A stretch of 40,323 nt of DNA from Candidatus Sumerlaeia bacterium. GTDB taxonomy: Bacteria > Sumerlaeota > Sumerlaeia > SLMS01. The notes below the pieces were generated by a model, which worked only from the letters and a program-made list of their open reading frames with translations, had not been told where the DNA came from and ran no database searches. Every line of letters begins with the position of its first letter. Within the stretch, counting starts at the first letter, position 1. The translations under genes were made by a program, and so were the position numbers. The DNA is taken from contig JBBQYG010000014.1 of NCBI GenBank assembly GCA_038208905.1, forward strand, positions 1-40,323, written 5' to 3'. This document shows, one piece after another, positions 17,892 through 25,417 of the stretch.

Positions 17892-19348
17892 TGGCGATGG
17901 TTGACAAGATCCACACCGAACCCGGCGACCTCGCAATGCCCGAGGGCTGGGAGCCCGAGACTGACAACGATCCAATGTTCGCCGCGCTGATTCAACTGGC
18001 GCGCGAGTCCGATCGCCCTTACACGCCGCCCCCGGCGCTCATGGAGGCCGTCCGCATGGAGACGCGCCGCCAACTTAAGGAGGAGGGCTTGCTCAAGTCA
18101 TCCCCCGCGGCGGCCGAGGTGGGCTTCCGCGCGTGGGTGTGGACGATTCTCTTTGGCGGCAAGGCTGGCGGACAGATGATCCGCCTGGCCGCCGTCGGCT
18201 GCGTCGCCTTCGTCATCGGCAATCAGTCCGTAACCCCGACCACGCAAGTGGCACCTACCGCCCGCGCCACGAGCGCAGGCCAGGTTGCCTCCAACACCGA
18301 GCAGCCGACTGGCACCCCGCGCGATGTCGCCTACAACGGCGGCAGCATTTCCAAGAGCATGACCGACCTCACCAGCCGCTCCGTTCCGTCGCCCGCCGAC
18401 GGGTGGACGGTTCCCTCGCGCACCGACCCCCGCATGGTCACGGTGGGCGCGTCCCAGTCGGGCGAGTGGGGCGCTTCGCGCACCGATCCGGCCGCAGTCG
18501 CCTATGACCAGCTTCAGATGCTCAAGTTTTCCTCTCTGGTTCAGGGCGACGGTCGCATTATGTCCTTTGATATCCAGCCGATCGAGCAGGCCGTCTCCCA
18601 GCTCGTCCTGCAGTCGGGCGTCGCCCACGATCCACGTGCCGGTGCGCTTCAGGCCTACAGCCGCGCGGAGCAGTCGCTCGAGGCGCGCCGCTATTCGGAG
18701 GCCATTCAGGAGTTTAACCGCGTCGCCGAGTCGATGCCCGGCTCCTCGATCGCGTTCCTCTCCCGCTATCAGGTTGCACGCATCGCCGACGAGGTGCTGC
18801 GCGACTACCCGCTGGCGATCGAGTCCTACAGCCGGTGCCTGACCGACTTCCCCACGCTCAGCGTTTCCCGGTCCGAGCGCCTCCGGATCGACGACCGCCT
18901 TCAGGTCCTTCAGGCGGGGCAGAACGACAATTGGCAGTCGCTCCGCGAGTGGGAGGCCGCTCGCGAGGCGAAGTCCACCGGCGAGGCCGTGGCCAAGCTC
19001 CTCGGCGTGGTCGCCAACTCGCCCTCGCCGCAGCTCGCTTCCGATGCCGCGGATCGTCTCAAGGAGATCGTCTCCGCCGACAACGGCGCCTTGCGCTCGG
19101 TCGATCACGAGCTGGTCTTGGCGGGGCTCCGCCAGCGGCTTGCCTCGTCCGAGCCCGGCCCGGCAACGGCGCGTATGCAGTACTCCCTCGCGGAGATCGT
19201 CGCTCGCCGCGCGTCGGTGCCCGGCCAGGCGCTCGCCGAGTACCAGCGCGCCCTGGAACTGGACCCCGACGACGCCACCGCGATGACGATCAGGGCCCGA
19301 ATCAGCCAGATCAATAGGCCCCGCGCCATCGGCGGAGGAGCCAAGTAA
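17891..19348 (+). CDS. Putative anti-sigma factor: single TM plus extracytoplasmic TPR repeats
   Basis: Overlaps the sigma stop codon (TAATG); hydrophobic IRLAAVGCVAFVIG; TPR-like YSEAIQEFNRV, AIESYSRCLTDFP, ALAEYQRALELDP. Confidence 0.65.
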   Translation: MAMVDKIHTEPGDLAMPEGWEPETDNDPMFAALIQLARESDRPYTPPPALMEAVRMETRRQLKEEGLLKSSPAAAEVGFRAWVWTILFGGKAGGQMIRLAAVGCVAFVIGNQSVTPTTQVAPTARATSAGQVASNTEQPTGTPRDVAYNGGSISKSMTDLTSRSVPSPADGWTVPSRTDPRMVTVGASQSGEWGASRTDPAAVAYDQLQMLKFSSLVQGDGRIMSFDIQPIEQAVSQLVLQSGVAHDPRAGALQAYSRAEQSLEARRYSEAIQEFNRVAESMPGSSIAFLSRYQVARIADEVLRDYPLAIESYSRCLTDFPTLSVSRSERLRIDDRLQVLQAGQNDNWQSLREWEAAREAKSTGEAVAKLLGVVANSPSPQLASDAADRLKEIVSADNGALRSVDHELVLAGLRQRLASSEPGPATARMQYSLAEIVARRASVPGQALAEYQRALELDPDDATAMTIRARISQINRPRAIGGGAK

Positions 19349-19438
19349 CGGGCAGTGTCCGCGATTCGCGGCTTGCGCTGGTGGGGCGGGGAGGCTAAAC
19401 CGGCACGCATGATTCCAGCACCGAAAGGCGGCGCGCCG

Positions 19439-20335
19439 ATGCGGCCCAACAAATCGATTCTCGCGGGGGCGCTTGTCGCGTTCGGGCTCGCCGCCGCGCC
19501 CTCCACGGGCGAGGCCGGATTCGTCCGCGGGGTTGGCATTTATTGCAAGGACCGCTTCCACGATACGCTGGACCTGTTCCGCCTCCGCGCCGGGTTCCCG
19601 CGCGATGGAAAGGCGATTGGCCTGAAGGCGCGGGTTACGTCGCTGGCCCAAGTCGGCTATGTGGCCTTTGATGGCACTTACGTGGGGCTTGATCGCCGTG
19701 GCGTCGGGATCGTGGACGAGCGCCGCCGGGAGGCGGGGGTCTCCGTTGCCTACGGTTCCTACAACGAGATGGAGCCCACCTTCGGCAACGGCTTCCTCAA
19801 GTCCAATTCAGACTGGAGCGTGGTCGAGGATCGCCGCATCTTGCGCAACCTCCCCTACTGGGATGACGGCCGTCAGCGCCACCTCAGTGTCGGCGCCGAA
19901 GTCGCCACGCCCCTTTTCGCCCTCGATGTGGGCGTCTATCCGGAAGAAGCCCTGGACTTCGTTCTCGGAATTTTCGCGATCGACATCTTCAACGACGACG
20001 AGCTGTTCGATCACTACATCCCCTATCGCCAAGCCACGACCGTCGCCGAGCCCAAGCTCGACGGCCCCTTCGCCAAGCAGCGCGCCCGCAACGCCGCCGT
20101 AAAGGCCGAGGCCGAGCGCCTTGCCGCGGAGAAGGCCCTTGAGGAAGCCGGCCAGGCCACGCCCGCCGACACGGAGGCCCAGATCGAAGTCCCCATGAGC
20201 TACGCGCCCGAGGGGACTATCTCCGACGAGGCCGCCGAGGAGGCGATCCGCGCGCTGGACGAGTCGGCGACGCCCGCGCCGGTCGTCGAGCCAACGGTCC
20301 CCCGCGAAGGCGACACCGATCAGCCCACGGGCTAA
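19439..20335 (+). CDS. Hypothetical exported protein with acidic low-complexity C-terminus, 298 aa
   Basis: Signal-like N-terminus (KSILAGALVAFGLAAA), host-like codon usage, AAAGG upstream. The start could be 19409. Confidence 0.7.
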   Translation: MRPNKSILAGALVAFGLAAAPSTGEAGFVRGVGIYCKDRFHDTLDLFRLRAGFPRDGKAIGLKARVTSLAQVGYVAFDGTYVGLDRRGVGIVDERRREAGVSVAYGSYNEMEPTFGNGFLKSNSDWSVVEDRRILRNLPYWDDGRQRHLSVGAEVATPLFALDVGVYPEEALDFVLGIFAIDIFNDDELFDHYIPYRQATTVAEPKLDGPFAKQRARNAAVKAEAERLAAEKALEEAGQATPADTEAQIEVPMSYAPEGTISDEAAEEAIRALDESATPAPVVEPTVPREGDTDQPTG

Positions 20336-20442
20336 CCCGCCACTCCAGCAGACTAACCAGCAATCAATCCGCTTTCCCCCGCCCCGTCCCGCCGATACTC
20401 TTGGCGTGATGTGGCAATTTTACCCAACGGCGGGGACAACCC

Positions 20443-21222
20443 ATGGCCAGGCGCAAGTTTGTGGCAGGTAACTGGAAGATGAATCTCGGGCAGGCCGAGG
20501 CCGCCGATCTGATCGGGGCGCTGCTGCCGCTGGTGCAGGCGTTCAAGAACGCCGACATCGCCGTGTGTCCCACCTACCTGTGCCTGGGCGCCGTCAAGGA
20601 ACGCCTGCGCGGCACCCACGTCCTGCTGGGGGCCCAGAACGCCCACGTTGCGGAGAAGGACGGCAAGCTCATCCAGTCCGGCGCCTTCACCGGCGAGGTC
20701 AGTCCCGCGATGCTCAAGGACGCCGGCGTGGAGTGGGTGATCCTCGGCCACAGCGAGCGCCGCCAGTTTTTCGGCGAGACCGACGCCAAGGTGAACGCCA
20801 AGGTGCGCGCGTGCTACGAAGTGAACCTCAAGCCGATCGTCTGCGTCGGCGAGACGCTTGCAGAGCGTGAGGCTAATAACACGCGCTCCGTCGTCGAGGC
20901 CCAGGTCCGCGGCTGCCTCGCCGGGCTCCCCGGCGCCCGCGTCGCCGAATCGGTCATCGCTTATGAGCCCGTCTGGGCCATCGGCACCGGCAAGACGGCC
21001 ACCCCCGCCATGGCCCAGGAAGTCCACGCCGTGATCCGCGCGCTGCTGGTTGAGCTATTCGGAGCCACCGTCGCCGACGCCGTCCGCATCCAGTATGGCG
21101 GATCGATGAACGCCGCCAACGCGAAGGAACTCCTCGCCCAGCCCGACATCGATGGCGGCCTGATCGGCGGAGCGGCGCTCAAGGACGCGGATTTCGCGAC
21201 GATTATCGAGGCGGCGCAGTAG
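20443..21222 (+). CDS. tpiA: Triosephosphate isomerase
   Basis: AGNWKMN, GAFTGEVS, ILGHSERR, AYEPVWAIGTG, QYGGS, DGGLIGGA. Confidence 0.98.
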   Translation: MARRKFVAGNWKMNLGQAEAADLIGALLPLVQAFKNADIAVCPTYLCLGAVKERLRGTHVLLGAQNAHVAEKDGKLIQSGAFTGEVSPAMLKDAGVEWVILGHSERRQFFGETDAKVNAKVRACYEVNLKPIVCVGETLAEREANNTRSVVEAQVRGCLAGLPGARVAESVIAYEPVWAIGTGKTATPAMAQEVHAVIRALLVELFGATVADAVRIQYGGSMNAANAKELLAQPDIDGGLIGGAALKDADFATIIEAAQ

Positions 21223-21280
21223 GGGGCTGGGCGCGGGCACCGGTCACCCGGGCGATTCGATTTTTTCCGCACCCGACCAG

Positions 21281-21347
21281 ATGGACGAAATTGACCTGAT
21301 TGACACATTGGACGACAATTGGGCCAATCCCGTCAATCCGGTCCATC
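21281..21347. repeat. Imperfect inverted array of 9-nt units between convergent genes
   Basis: GGAC/TGAC/TGAC/GGAC at 21283, 21292, 21301 and 21310; mirrored GCCA/GTCA/GTCC at 21323, 21332 and 21341. Confidence 0.7.
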
Positions 21348-21372
21348 GAGTTGTAGCGGCTACCGGAGTCAC

Positions 21373-22230
21373 CTACTCCGTTTGCAAGGCTTTCCCCGCC
21401 GGGCGTGGCTCCGCGTCCTTGTCGCCGAGAATGGAAGCAACAAGCCGCTCCACCCGCTCGCCCAGTCGCAGCGGCCAGTTCCACGAAATCACGATCTGGA
21501 AGGCCATCCAGCCGATGGCTCCGCCCACAATGACGTCGCCGGGGTGATGGCGCCTCGACCGCACCCGTGCCCATGCACAGCCGAACGCGAGCAGGTACCA
21601 CAGCACCTTGGCCCGCGGCATCACCAGCGCGAGCCAGGCGGCGAGGCCAAAAGCCGAGGCGGCATGGCCCGAGGGGAAGGATGCATAGTCGCCGATGGAG
21701 AGCACGCGATTGCGCTCGCCGATGGGGACCGTTCCGCGCACCCATCCCAGTATTTCCAGCCCGGGGCGATCCGGCGAGAACCATAGCCAATAGTCGCCGA
21801 CCTCCGGCTTGAGCACGGGGTTGTTTTTCGTTGCGAGGTACTCGGCAACTTCGCGGGAGGCGTCCTTGCCCATCAGAAGGCCATATCCCGGGCGCGCCCT
21901 GCCGCTGGCGTTCTTGACGCCGGCCACGATCACGGAGAGCAGCAGCAGCGCCACCAGGAAGGGAACAATGGTCCGCCGCACCTCTGGCCGGTAGATCCAC
22001 AGCAGGATCACGCTGGAGGCTATCGTGGCGTTGCCGACGAAGTATTCCATGGTGCTTAGCCACGACGTCAGGAAATCCAGCGGACCCGTGAGCAGGCCGT
22101 AGAAGAAATTCCACGAGGCGGCGGAATAGTAAATCTCGATCACCGCAAGGATCAGGGGGATCAGGAAGATCGCCAGATGGCGATAGCCCAAGGGCCGGGG
22201 GAGGGCGTCGGCGGCGAGTCTCGAATCCAT
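21373..22230 (-). CDS. PAP2-family membrane phosphatase (lipid A or undecaprenyl-pyrophosphate phosphatase-like)
   Basis: C1 KNASGRARP, C2 SFPSGHA, C3 ARVRSRRHHPGDV; multiple TMs. Confidence 0.9.
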   Translation of the reverse strand: MDSRLAADALPRPLGYRHLAIFLIPLILAVIEIYYSAASWNFFYGLLTGPLDFLTSWLSTMEYFVGNATIASSVILLWIYRPEVRRTIVPFLVALLLLSVIVAGVKNASGRARPGYGLLMGKDASREVAEYLATKNNPVLKPEVGDYWLWFSPDRPGLEILGWVRGTVPIGERNRVLSIGDYASFPSGHAASAFGLAAWLALVMPRAKVLWYLLAFGCAWARVRSRRHHPGDVIVGGAIGWMAFQIVISWNWPLRLGERVERLVASILGDKDAEPRPAGKALQTE

Positions 22231-22435
22231 CGGGTCTTGCGGGGCCGCCTCTTGCCGAAAGGGTTGCGCTCGTGGCCCCGGCGGGGCCTCAATTCCGCCC
22301 CTTTCGGGGGGGCGTATGGAGTGCCCGAATCGTTGGGGCGCCGCGCCGGCTGCGTAAAGTCGAAACTAACGGGCTATGTCAGACAAAGCCTAAAATCCAA
22401 AGGTTGCGTGGGCGTCTCGCCCGGGCCCCGACGAG

Positions 22436-24094
22436 ATGAATTCCCGCACTCTCCCCCTCGCCATCTTCCTCGTCGGCCTCCTGGTTTGCCTCGCCGGCAA
22501 TGCCCAGCACGCCCTTTGGGATCGCGACGAGCCGCGCTATGGCGTGGCGACGCGGGAGATGCTGGAGACCGGCGACTGGATCATCCCGCACTTCAACGGC
22601 GAGACGCGCTACGACAAGCCGATCCTGATCTACTGGCTGATGGCGGGGCCGATGAGCCTTTTCGGCATCGGCGAATTCGGCGCGCGGTTCGTCTCCGGCG
22701 TGATGGGGGCGTTGCGCGCCCTGCTGGTGTTCTACTTCGCCCGGCGCATTGGCTGCGGAGAACGTGGCGCCCTGCTTGCGGCGGCGCTGGCGCTGTTTGT
22801 GCCACTGCTGCTGGTGATTTCCAAGGCCGCGACGATCGACTCGACGCTGATCCTCGCGATCACCGGGGTGCAGTGGCTCCTGTGGGAGTCCGGCGACAGG
22901 CCGTTCTCCTGGCGGAGGCACCTCGCCCTGTGGGCGCTGCTCGGCGTGACCGTGCTGCTCAAGGGGCCGCCGGGCCCGCTGATCGCCGCGCTCACGTGGC
23001 TGTCGCTGGCGACCTGGAACGCTGTGTCGCCCATTGCGTCGCAGGCGCCGCGCGCGAGCCCGACGGACCGGGTCCTCCGCGCCGCCGTGGGAATTGTCGC
23101 CTTCCTCGCCGTCACCATGATCTGGGTGGCGCCCGCGTGGATCAGGACGAATGGCGACTTCATCATGACATCGATCAACCGCCACGTGGTCGAGCGCGCA
23201 AAGACCTCCCTGGAGGGCCACAGCGGCCCATTCTTCTACTACATCCCCGTGCTGATCGTGACGGCGCTGCCGTTCACTGGCGTGTTGCTTGCGGGCGCCG
23301 CATGGGCCGCGCGCAACACGCGGGAGCGCACGGTGCGCTTCCTGTGGTGCTGGATTGTGCCCGCGGTGATTGTCTTCTCGCTGGTGAAGACCAAGCTGCC
23401 TCACTACGTTGCGCCCATGGTCCCGGCGTTCTGCCTGATGGCGGGGCTCTGGTGGACGCGATTCGTGGAGGAGGGCAACGCGGCGCTCCGTCCTCGCCCG
23501 TGGGTGGTTGCCAGCGGCGGATGGCTGGCGGTTGTCGCCGGATTCGCCGCCCTCGGGATCCCGCTCGGCGCGTCGGTGATGGGATTCGGGCTCAATCCAA
23601 TCGTCACCATGGCGGCGGGTGGGATCATGGGGCTCGGATTCTGCTGGGGCGGCGTGCTGTGGCTTCAGGGCGAGTGGCATGGCGCCCTCGCGAAATGGTT
23701 CGGCGGCTGGCTCGCGACGCTCGCGATTGCCTTTTTCCTCGTGCTGCCGGAACTCGACGCAATTCGCGTTTCCAAACCCACGGGGGTCTGGGTCAGGGAA
23801 AACGCCCCACCCGGCGCCTATCACATGATGTCGGATTTCGACGAGCCCACGATGGTTTTCTATGCGCGGAACCGCTTCCGCACGATGGGAAAGCGCGAGT
23901 GGCCGGAGGTCTTTGCCAAGCTTAACGATTTACAGACCCCCGCCGTGCTCGTTATCACCCAGACGCGCTGGAACAATTTCCTTCGCGACTATCAGGGTCC
24001 CATCGACCCCCGCGTCGGCGTGCGGCGCCGTATCGATGGGTTCCAGATTGAAAGCGGCGGCCCCGAAACCGTCCTGATTGTTGGCAACTGGTAG
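22436..24094 (+). CDS. ArnT-like GT-C glycosyltransferase (GT83/PMT_2)
   Basis: LWDRDEPRY..ATREM.ETGDWIIPHFNGETRYDKPILIYWL, LLKGP, HSGPFFYY, FSLVKTKLPHY. Confidence 0.92.
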   Translation: MNSRTLPLAIFLVGLLVCLAGNAQHALWDRDEPRYGVATREMLETGDWIIPHFNGETRYDKPILIYWLMAGPMSLFGIGEFGARFVSGVMGALRALLVFYFARRIGCGERGALLAAALALFVPLLLVISKAATIDSTLILAITGVQWLLWESGDRPFSWRRHLALWALLGVTVLLKGPPGPLIAALTWLSLATWNAVSPIASQAPRASPTDRVLRAAVGIVAFLAVTMIWVAPAWIRTNGDFIMTSINRHVVERAKTSLEGHSGPFFYYIPVLIVTALPFTGVLLAGAAWAARNTRERTVRFLWCWIVPAVIVFSLVKTKLPHYVAPMVPAFCLMAGLWWTRFVEEGNAALRPRPWVVASGGWLAVVAGFAALGIPLGASVMGFGLNPIVTMAAGGIMGLGFCWGGVLWLQGEWHGALAKWFGGWLATLAIAFFLVLPELDAIRVSKPTGVWVRENAPPGAYHMMSDFDEPTMVFYARNRFRTMGKREWPEVFAKLNDLQTPAVLVITQTRWNNFLRDYQGPIDPRVGVRRRIDGFQIESGGPETVLIVGNW

Positions 24095-24125
24095 GCATCC
24101 AGAAGGGAACCCCCCCGGGAACTGC

Positions 24126-25247
24126 ATGTTTTCATATATCGACCGCGACCTGATCCGATCCTTCATCCTCGCCTTTCTGGTGGTGGTGGCCTTCGTCCAG
24201 ATTGGCTACCTCGTCAGCATTATCCTCCAGATGGCGTCGGATATTTTCGCCGGCGGCGAATCGAAGCTGGGCTGGCTGATGCTGTACTACCTGTTCTCCG
24301 TGCCGCGGCAGTTTGCCTACACGATCCCCGTGGGCACGGCGATGTCGGTGCTGTGGGTCTATACGGTGAAGGCCCGCCAGAACGAGCTGCTGGCCTACAT
24401 GGCCGGCGGCGTCAGCCCTCTGCGCATCGCGGCGCCGTTTCTCGTGATGGGCGGGCTGCTTTCTGTCGGGTGCTTCCTGACCATCGAGTACCTCGCCCAC
24501 CCCGGCGACCGCGCCGCCCAGCGCATCGAGGCCGTGAATATCCAGGGGAAGGCCGCCGACGCCCTCACGCGCGAGCGCAACGTCTTCCAGAAGGGCGAGG
24601 GAAACCGCTTCTTCAATATCCGCTCCTTCGACCCCACGCGCGAGGTCATGGAAATTCCCATCATCATCGACATGGGAACCGACTGGAACCAGATCGACTG
24701 GCGGCTGGACGCGCGCCGTGCCGAGCGCGTGCAGGAGGGCGAGAATGCCGAGTGGATTTTCCGCGAGGCCGTTTACCGGAAGTGGAACAGCGAGGGCGTC
24801 CTGACCGAGTACCGCGCGGCGCCATCCCTCAGCGAGAGCGAGCTCGGCCAGCCCCTTGAGGCCGACCTTACGAAGTATCTCCGCCAGCGGTTCCGTCCCG
24901 CGCAGATGAGCACGATGGAGCTAATCGACTACATCTCCCTCTTCAAGCTCCAGAACAAGCCCTCCTATCGGCTGCAGACCAACCTCTACTTCAACTTCGC
25001 CATTCCACTGGGCAGCCTGATCCTCACCCTGCTGATGTGCGCCCATGTGCTCAGGCCGTCCTCCGCCGGCGTGGTGGCGGGCTTCGGCGGCGGGCTGGTG
25101 TATATCGCGTTCTACTACCTCATCCTGCTTGGCGCGCGCGTCATCGCGTTGTCGGGGTATATGTCGCCGCTGCTGGCTGCCATCGCGCCCAATGCGCTAT
25201 TCCTGCTATTCGGCATCTGGATGCTGAACCGGTATCGCGCGCTGTAG
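24126..25247 (+). CDS. LptF/LptG-family LPS export permease, 373 aa
   Basis: YIDRDLIRSF, QNELLAYMAGGVSPLRIAAP, periplasmic beta-rich region, PAQMSTMEL, SPLLAAIAPNALF. Start at the ATG at 24126. Confidence 0.88.
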   Translation: MFSYIDRDLIRSFILAFLVVVAFVQIGYLVSIILQMASDIFAGGESKLGWLMLYYLFSVPRQFAYTIPVGTAMSVLWVYTVKARQNELLAYMAGGVSPLRIAAPFLVMGGLLSVGCFLTIEYLAHPGDRAAQRIEAVNIQGKAADALTRERNVFQKGEGNRFFNIRSFDPTREVMEIPIIIDMGTDWNQIDWRLDARRAERVQEGENAEWIFREAVYRKWNSEGVLTEYRAAPSLSESELGQPLEADLTKYLRQRFRPAQMSTMELIDYISLFKLQNKPSYRLQTNLYFNFAIPLGSLILTLLMCAHVLRPSSAGVVAGFGGGLVYIAFYYLILLGARVIALSGYMSPLLAAIAPNALFLLFGIWMLNRYRAL

Positions 25248-25250
25248 GGT

Positions 25251-25417
25251 TAGGCTGTGTTTGATAAATGGCTTCGAGCTGGTCCGTTGAGCGAGAACGG
25301 GTCATGACGATGGCGCCGATGACGAGGCGATGTGGTTCATCGTCGAGGAATCGCGACGCGTCAGGACGAAGGCTCGCAGCCATCGGAAAGCCGAATGCAA
25401 TTGTCAAACACAGCCTA
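25251..25417. mobile_element. Putative MITE (about 165 bp, non-autonomous)
   Basis: Perfect 14-bp inverted ends TAGGCTGTGTTTGA (25251-25264) and TCAAACACAGCCTA (25404-25417), extending to 16 of 17. The outer TA (or YTAG) could be the target duplication. No transposase is present. Confidence 0.7.

Noticed and set aside
20650-20680. Short EKDGKLIQ insertion in TpiA
   Set aside because: A likely surface-loop variation; all catalytic motifs are intact.
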